Of a stretch of DNA of 64,000 nt, positions 56,389-64,000 are shown piece after piece. The stretch is from positions 111,724,001 to 111,788,000 of the forward strand of contig OZ336871.1 of NCBI GenBank assembly GCA_965287045.1, read 5' to 3'. The notes under the pieces are model-generated. The model was not told the DNA's origin. It ran no database searches and saw only the letters and a program-made list of their open reading frames with translations. Source of the stretch: Carcharhinus amblyrhynchos. Taxonomy: Eukaryota. Every line of letters begins with the position of its first letter. Positions within the stretch are counted from its first letter, which is position 1. A program made the position numbers and the translations under genes.

Positions 56389-58364
56389 GTAAACAGTAAG
56401 TTTCAGAGCTTTTTTCCCTGGATAATCAATTCCAGTGGAAACATGGAACTGCTTTGTATTGAAGTAGGTTGGCTAAAGCGAGCACGGATGAAGATCACGT
56501 GTTTAAGGTTTACATTCCTCAGTAGGTTATGGTGCTAATCCAATTGTTTGTATAAAATTATGAAGTTATGTGCTAGTTGCTATGGCTAATCCCCTCCTCC
56601 CTATTCAGACCTGTAAATTTAGTTAATCATTAAACAGACCATCGCCTTGGTCTCTCCAAGGGTTATAAGATTTGGTGGTCGTGCAGCCAATAGCTTTAAT
56701 ACATGAAGCTGGCAAAACCTTTTGATCAATACGCTGATCCATTACTGGGCAGTAATATATAACCGAATATGTTAAAAAAAATACAAACGTGCACTCCGCA
56801 ACCTGAACATATCAGAACTCGCCAATGTCTAAGCATTCATTCTTAACACTGTTTAACGGGATATAGTAATGAGATGACAAATGAGCTGCTTAAGTGCCCC
56901 TGAGAAAGTTCAAAAGTTTCAGTGTGAATGTTGAGTATCACTGGCGCTTGGCCCATGCAATCACAACAGTTCAATTTTCAAAGATAGACAAATGTCAAAA
57001 TTACTAACCGATTTCGCCTCGCAAATGGCTTCAGACGTAGGTTTTTATCCTGACAACCAATAAAATTGTAATCTTTAAAATATTCGGATTTTTTCTGTTA
57101 TTATTATAGAATATTTAATGACACCCAAATCATAATTGAGACATTTGTAGAATGTTCCGTACCTATTCCCTAAATTATATCGGACCTCCTTAAACAGCCA
57201 TTTCATTACGACAAAAGCTACTGATTGACAGCCTAGCGCCGGGTCAATGAGATGCAGTTCAGCAGCTCCAAGCTGTGACGTTCAAATACTAGAGGCGGGC
57301 CTTGAAATGCCGATCGATGCGTAATTACCCCAGTAACGGATTAAGTCAGATGTAGGACGGCCAGAGTTAGTAAACTGGTTTCACAGTTTCACTTTCCACT
57401 CCACACAGCATTTTGGAAACATGGTTACTCGCACTGGTTTATCATGCGGCGACCCTCACATTTTAAAGGTAAGTTCTTGTTCAAGTATTTTTGCGTCAGT
57501 TGTCATTTATTTACTTTGACCTGTTTGGTGAAACTTCACGATTGACACATAAATCGGCAAAAAGGAACGAAACTAAAAACTTAATCGCTCTTCGCGAAGC
57601 GAGGAAATACCCATCGTGTGCGCTTCGTTTGCGCCTGCGTCATCAGTATCTGACACAAGTATAGCGTTAGAGAACGACATTAATATTTGTTTTACATTCA
57701 GGTGCAATCACCCTGAGCATTGCAGAGAATTCATAAGGTTTGGGAAGTAATGCAGATTTAAGTATGCAACTTAAATCCGTTATAACGTAATTTAACTGAA
57801 GGATCCGTTCAATCTTTTTTCCTAAGAAAATCCTATTGAAGTGGACACGTAGAGACGAGTATGCTCAGGAGTTGAAAATATATGTAATAAAATATCATTT
57901 GAATCTTGGGAAACCTTTCCCTTTTTAAGACAGTGATGATGGAGGCTGCCAATATAAATGTTTCTAAAATGTGAGTGGATGCAGTTGAACCAGAAGACCT
58001 AAGGCACATGTTAATGAAAACGGAGAACAAAACATGAGTAGCAGGACAAACTGGATATGAATGGCAGCATCCAAAGAAGCTTTTTGTATATTCTTACAAA
58101 CACACGACCATTAAAAGAGGGTTGAGATGTAAAATAAATTGTATATGTTTAACATATCAATGTGAGTAACTTGAATTCAGGCCTTAGTTAGATGGACACA
58201 ATTTACAATTTCAGTTGCTGTTCGTGGTAGCTGGCTAGTCCTTTTCAAAAAGTAGAACATTGTATTTTAGAACATAGGCGTTTACGCAGTCTAAACATGG
58301 ATTGTTCTTGGCGAATTATTTTTTCACCTATATTGTTCCATACATAATAGGCACACATTTTGTT

Positions 58365-58830
58365 CTGCGAAAATGGTTATGATTGTTCACCAGACTAGTT
58401 CCAGGGGTGAAAAACGCAAGTTATGACAATTGATTGGGAAAAACGAACTGTTTTCCTTGGAGAAAAGAAGGCTGAGCGGAGATTTGACAGAGGTATTCAA
58501 AATTGAGGGTCCTGGATAGAGTAGAAAGGGAGAAACTGTGTTCACGGCAAAAGGATCAAGAACTAGGGAGAACAGACTTATAATAATTGGTTAAAATAAG
58601 CACTTAATGACACGAGGAAAAACGTTTTCACGCAGGGAGTGGTTAAGGTCTAAATGCAGTGCCTGACAGTATGGTGGAACCAGGTTCAATCAAGCATTCA
58701 AAAGGCTTATCTGAAAAAGAAGAATGTGTAGGGAGAGGGAGGCAAGTGGCACTAAGTGTATTGCTCATTGGAGAGCCGGTCCAGGCACGATGGGCTGAAC
58801 GCCGCCTTCTGCAATATAACAATTCCGTGA
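58365..58830 (+). mobile_element. CR1 3' fragment
   Basis: LFSLEKRRLSGDLTEVFKI and FTQGVVKV-NAVP-like translation followed by CR1 3' stem-loop. Confidence 0.85.
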
Positions 58831-59596
58831 TTTTGATTTTCTTGGTATCTAGGTAGGACCGCCAGTCAAGAAGCATTTGTTGCATGACATTGACTCTATA
58901 AACGACTTCTCCACATGTTACGCAATCAAAAGTCAAAACACCAGCCACAAATCACTTTAATATTGAGCAAAGGCGTTTGTATTCAGAACGATCGCAAAGA
59001 TGCTGAGACAGAGCTCCCGTTTGCATTTGCTGCTACTTGAATCGTTTCCGCTTTAACCTTTCAAGATGTGAATATCTTTAACTGAATTCGTGTTTTACTC
59101 TTGGGGTTCCTGACATAAATTTTTCTTTAGTCCCAAGAGAGCATGCTTAACAAGATTGTACAACAAACTGCATGCTTATTACATGTTCAGGTGAATTGTA
59201 CTGTGGAGTATTGCACAGCCGATTATATTTTTCATCGGAAAATATGGCATTTACACTGTAGAATCGGCGACACAGGCCGAGAACCACAGCACTATAACAA
59301 AGCTTGAGGCTGGCTGGCTGGCGGCTGCTGCTGCTACAGACAGGATAAATGCGAACAATTCATGCACGGAGTGCTTGTCAATCAAAGCGGGGAACAAGAG
59401 AGAAAAAAAGTGTGGGGGGGGAATGCTTGAGAGCTTCAAGTTGCAAACTCGCACTCTAAACACTCGCCAACAACAAGTGACAACGGTAATAATGAGCGGA
59501 GCTCACACTCTGCAAGCCACTCCGCTCACGCGCTTCAGCTCACAATCACAAAGTGGCGACCTCCACCAAGGATCGGCCAGCATCCCCTTCCGGTTC

Positions 59597-59610
59597 GTCG
59601 CCGTGGTAAC
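59597..59610. promoter_or_regulatory. RFX X-box in SPAG6 promoter
   Basis: GTCGCCGTGGTAAC matches the X-box consensus GTNRCCATGGYAAC at all but one position, 113 nt upstream of the ATG in a CpG-rich patch. Confidence 0.75.
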
Positions 59611-59722
59611 CGCGGCACAGCACAATTCACCGGTTGTCTTGGACACTGCACAGAGCACAGCAGCGGCACCAGATCCCGTGTGTGGGATCCAATATATATC
59701 ATCTACACACTGTACGGGCACC

Positions 59723-59747
59723 ATGACTCAAAGATTAGCTTTACAAG
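59723..59747 (+). CDS. SPAG6: Sperm-associated antigen 6 (PF16 orthologue), exon 1 (25 nt coding)
   Basis: caccATG; MTQRLALQ; G|gtaatc; joins in frame to 60906. Confidence 0.88.
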
Positions 59748-59804
59748 GTAATCATCTTTCAGAAATTATAAGCATTATTGACTTGTTTCATGAAGGCTAC
59801 TGTT

Positions 59805-60300
59805 AGATTCGATTTATTATTGTCACATGTATTGGTGTACAGTGAAAAGTATTGTTACTTGTGCAATTTACTGACAAAGCATACCACTCATAGAGAAGGA
59901 AAGGAGAGGGTGTGGAATGGAGTGTTACAATCATAGCTAGGGTGTCGAGAAAGACCGGTTTCCTCCCACAGTCCAAAGATGTGCGAGTTAGGTTGATTAG
60001 TCATGACAAATTGTCCCTTGGTGTCATGGGTACTAGCAGGGTAAATACATGGGGTTATGGGGATAGAGCCTGGATGGGATTGTTGTCAGTGCAAGCTCAA
60101 TGGGTCCAATGGCCTCCTCCTCTGTAGTGATTCTGTGGTCAACTTGATATGAGGTAGGTCCGGTATGGTAGCAGAGAAGAAGCTGTTCTTGAGTCAATTG
60201 GTACATGACCTCAGACTTTTGTATCTTTTTCCCAATGGAAGAAGGTGGAAGAAAGTATGTTTAGGGTGCGTGGGGTCCTTGATTATGCTGGCTGCTTTTC
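59805..60300 (-). mobile_element. LINE 3' end (Rex1/RTE-like) with inserted partial HE1 SINE (~59955-60135, + strand)
   Basis: gatttattattgtcacatgt...gaagaagctgttcttgagtc...ggggtccttgattatgctggctgc flank a ccggtttcctcccacagtccaaagatgtgc SINE body. Confidence 0.7.
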
Positions 60301-60411
60301 ATTAGAAATGAATCAGTTAAAAATTATTGATCTTAATAGACAAGGGAAAGATGTAAAGTTATTTATTTGATCTGAAATTGTAATTAAGCAGTGATTATTT
60401 ATACAAAAGTA

Positions 60412-60790
60412 AATACTTGCATTTATATAGCTTCGCAGGATGTCCCAAAGTGCTTCATAGTCAATGAATTTTATACAAATTGTAGTTAATGTTGTCATGT
60501 CAGAAACTGGACTGCAGTTTACCACAGGCACCAATGTGGTGATAAACCTATTTTGTGATATTATTTGAGGGGTAAAGATTAGCCAGGGGAATTTCCCATT
60601 TCTTCAAACAGTGCCACAGAATCTTTTATAGCCCCTGAGTGGGAAGGCAGGACTTCACTTTTAACAGCTCATTTGAAAGACACTCTCTTGGTATTGTACT
60701 GAAGTGTCAGCTTATATTTTATATTCTGGAGTTAGACTTGAACCCCTAACTGTCTGATTCAAAGGCAAGAATTCTACTATTGAACCACAG
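60412..60790 (-). mobile_element. DeuSINE/SacSINE-like element with tRNA head
   Basis: acttgcatttatatagc tail...tgaagtgtcagc...gacttgaaccc B-box...tgaaccacag. Confidence 0.7.
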
Positions 60791-60905
60791 TTAGTATTAT
60801 CTGCTTTGTTTTAGAACACTTGTTGAATCATTATATATGAGAATTAATGTTTCAAGAATGTGTTTACTTTTATTTTTACCCCACCCTTTCCCTCCCCCAC
60901 CACAG

Positions 60906-61001
60906 TTTTTGAGCAATACCAGAAGGCTAGAGCACAATTTGTACAGACAATTGCAGAACTTGCAACAAGACCACAAAATATTGAAACTCTACAGAATGCA
61001 G
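60906..61001 (+). CDS. SPAG6: SPAG6 exon 2 (96 nt); gene continues beyond window
   Basis: cacag|; VFEQYQKARAQFVQTIAELATRPQNIETLQNA; G|gtaagt; matches the SPAG6/PF16 N-terminus. Confidence 0.96.
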
Positions 61002-61324
61002 GTAAGTCAGTTTTGTTCTCAGTGTTCAGTGGTAAGTACAGGTGTTTTGCATTGTGAAAATAAATTTGAGAGCATATAAAATGTAGCATTAATATAATAA
61101 AAGATTACACATCTAAGCATGTATAGTTTTGCAATATTTTTGGTTAAATTTTGTCCGAAACTGTACATGGATATGCATTTCTATGGTGAGAGAGTATTAG
61201 GGGGAAAATAATGAAAGAACTACAAAGCTGCACTCAGTCAGTGTGCTTTACTGAAACTTATCCAGCAACCTTGGCCTGATGAGGTAGATTTGGATGGAAT
61301 CACATCATGAGCCTTTGTGGCCTA

Positions 61325-63350
61325 CATAGAAACTACAAGCAGGAGTAGGCCATGCAGCCCTTCGAACCTGCTCCGCCATTCGCTTTGATCATGGATGATC
61401 ATCAAATTCAATATCCTAATTTTTCCCCCCTATATTTCTTGATCCCTTTAGCCCCAAGAGCCAATGTCTAATTTCTTCTTGAAATCAGACGGTGCTTTGG
61501 GCTCAACTACATTCTGTGCTAGTGAATTTCACACATTTATCCCCCACCATGGGTGAAGAAATTTCTCCTCACCTCAGCTCTAGAAGGTTTGCCTCTTATC
61601 CTCATATTATGACCCCTAGGTCTGGACTTCCTCACCACTGGGTATGTTCTTTCTGAATCTACCCTGTCTAACCCTGTTAGAATTTTATAAGTTTCAACAG
61701 ATCTCCTCTCACTCTTCTAAACTCCAGTGAATATAATACTAACTGACTAAGTCTTTCCTCATATGACAGACCTGCCATTCCTAGGAATCGGCCTGGTAAA
61801 GCTTTGCTGTACTCTGTCTATAGCAAGGACATCTTTCCTCAGATAAGGACAGCAAAACTGCACACAATACTCCACCACCTCACCAATGTCCTATACAATT
61901 GCAGCTAAACATCCCTATCCCTAAAATCAAATCCTCTCGCTATGAAGGCCAACATGCCATTTGTCTTCTTTACTGTCTGCTGTACCTACGTACTCACTTT
62001 CAGTAACTGACACACAAGTACTCCAAGCTCTTATTCAGTATCCACCTCTCTCAATTTACACCCATTCAAGTGATAATCTGTCTTCGTATTATTGCTACTA
62101 AAGTGGATAATCTCACATTTATACATGATATTGCATCTGCCATGCAGATGCCCATGCACTCAGCCTGTCCAAATCACGCTGAAACATCCCTGCATCCTCC
62201 TCAGAGCTCACCCTCCCACCCAACTTTGTATCATCTGCAAATTTGGAGATAATACCATAAAACATAGGAGCAGATTTAGGCCACTTGGCCTATTGAGTCT
62301 GCTATGCTATTCAATATGGCTGATTTTTTTCTCATCCCCATTCTCCTCCCTTTTCCCCATAACCCCTGATCCCCTTATTAATCAAGAACCTATCTATCTC
62401 TGTCTTAAAGACACTTAATGACCTGACCTCCACAGCCTTCTGCGGCAAAGAGTTCCACAGACTCAACACTCTTTGGCTGAAAAAATTCCTCCTCATCTCT
62501 GTTCTAAAGCATTGTCCCTTTAGCCTGAGGTTGTGCCCTCTAGTTCTAGTTTTTCCTACTAATGGAGAGGATGTTTCCACGTCCACTCTATCCAGGCCTC
62601 GCAGTATCTTGTAAATTTCGATAGGATCCCCCCTCATTCTTCTAAACTCCAACGAGTACAGACCCAGAGTCCTCAACTGTTCCTCATATGACAGGCTTTT
62701 CATTCCAGGGATCATTCTTGTGAACCTCCTCTGGAACCTTTTCAAGGCCAGCACATCCTTCCTTAGGTATGGGGCCCAAAACTGCTCACAGTACTCCAAA
62801 TGGGGTCTGACCAGAGCCCTATATAGCCTCAGAAGTACATCCCTGCTTTTGTATTCTAGCCCTCTCGACATGAATGCTAACGTTGCATTTGTCTTCCTAA
62901 CTGCCAACTGAACCTGCACGTTAACCTTAAGAGAATCTTAAACAATAACTCTCAAATCCCTTTGTGTTTTTGATTTCATTAGCATTTTCCCATTAAGAAA
63001 ATAATCTATGCCTCCATTCCTCCTTCCAAAGTGTCTCACACTTTTCCACATTGTATTCCATCTGCCACTTCTTTGCCCATTCTCCTAACCTGTCCAAGTC
63101 CTTCTGCAGTCCTCCCATTTCCTCAATACTACCTGTCCCTCTACAGATCTTTGTATCATCTGCAAACTTAGCAACAGTGCCTTCAGTTCCTAAATTCAGT
63201 TGCCTCTTCCAAATCATTAATATATAATGTGAACAGTTGGGGGCCTAGCACAGATCACTTTGGAACCCCACTAGTCACTGACTGCCAATCTGAAAAATAA
63301 TCATTTATGCTAACTCTTTGCTTCCTGTCTGCGAACCAGCTTTCTATCCA
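61325..63350 (-). mobile_element. CR1 LINE (host) interrupted by a second CR1
   Basis: 3' tail at ~61325; RT remnant up to IISKFADDTK at ~62254; resumes at ~63192 with NDLEEATE and GVPK-SVLGP-like sequence. Confidence 0.85.
62255..63191 (-). mobile_element. Nested CR1 LINE 3' fragment
   Basis: Own 3' tail (cataaaacatagg) at 62255; ORFs 62332..62919 and 62993..63217 (AKFADDTK, LYRALVRPHLEY, FFSQRVLSLWNSLP). Confidence 0.92.
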
Positions 63351-64000
63351 TCTCATGGTCTCTTGTATGAACTGGGACTATGTTAAAGATTCCTGAGCCT
63401 TGGCTTTAGTGCCTAGAAAAACTTTCTTTCAATAGGCAGTACTTCTCAGTTGGACTGGATTAGTGATTTGTGCAATTTCAGAAACACTCCTTAAGTTTTG
63501 TATTTTATTGTTCTAGCTATCTTTTGACAAGATTGAAAATGATTTATCTAATTTGAGGTGGGAAGTGAGAAGAAGAGTGGTCATTATCACAGAAAGCACC
63601 ATCTGATATCTGAGTATCACCATTTGTGAATGGGCTTCAACTTCATATGTAACTTCAGCAGGAATAATTAGAGTGAGACGGTTGACCTGTTGAATATGGG
63701 GTAAATAATGACCATGTGACTGAAATTGTGAATGTATATGTTGTTTGTTTTTTTTGAAGCAAAGGTGATTATATTTATTATCTGGAGTATTTGGTAGTGT
63801 TCCAGTGGATATGTGGGTGACTGCTAAAGCTGATCTGTGCCCAGAAGGTTCTGCTGCAAATGGGACAGGATACTGTGACGATTGAGTTTTGAATGAGTTG
63901 CTGGCTCGGGATTTTCTCTCCTTGCATTTTTTTCTCTGTCCCTGATACACTTGCTTTCAAAGGAGGCCGTACTGTTCTTTATTTGGTTAGGATACCAAGC

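Noticed and set aside
59492-59722. In-frame upstream ATG adding 77 aa to SPAG6
   Set aside because: Spans the X-box promoter, so probably upstream of the TSS; SPAG6 homology begins at 59723.

Overview
Eukaryotic (vertebrate) genomic DNA, almost certainly a shark/elasmobranch judging by HE1-type V-SINEs, HER1/CR1 LINEs, SacSINE/DeuSINE-like and Penelope-like repeats. The window holds the conserved tRNA-Asn(GTT) - COMMD3 - BMI1 - SPAG6 block: a minus-strand tRNA-Asn (11242-11315), a complete 8-exon COMMD3 (24764-28573, 195 aa), a complete BMI1/PCGF4 (9 coding exons, 35027-39422, 325 aa, with an upstream first exon near 30.4-30.63 kb) and the first two coding exons of SPAG6 (59723-61001). All reconstructed exons have GT-AG boundaries and keep frame. 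No prokaryotic-type system (CRISPR etc.) and no clearly novel protein-coding gene is supported. The most interesting signals are regulatory. BMI1 exon 2 has closely spaced splice acceptors that switch between an N-terminally extended BMI1, an overlapping uORF and an in-frame COMMD3-BMI1 read-through. There is an apparently human-conserved uORF/YY1 block in the BMI1 leader and a candidate alternative 25-nt first coding exon for SPAG6. Stacked miRNA seed sites occur in the BMI1 3'UTR, large CpG-retaining domains are visible, and a nested CR1 has its 5' truncation at the position homologous to its insertion site. Comparisons with human are from memory, not from a database search; repeat boundaries are approximate.
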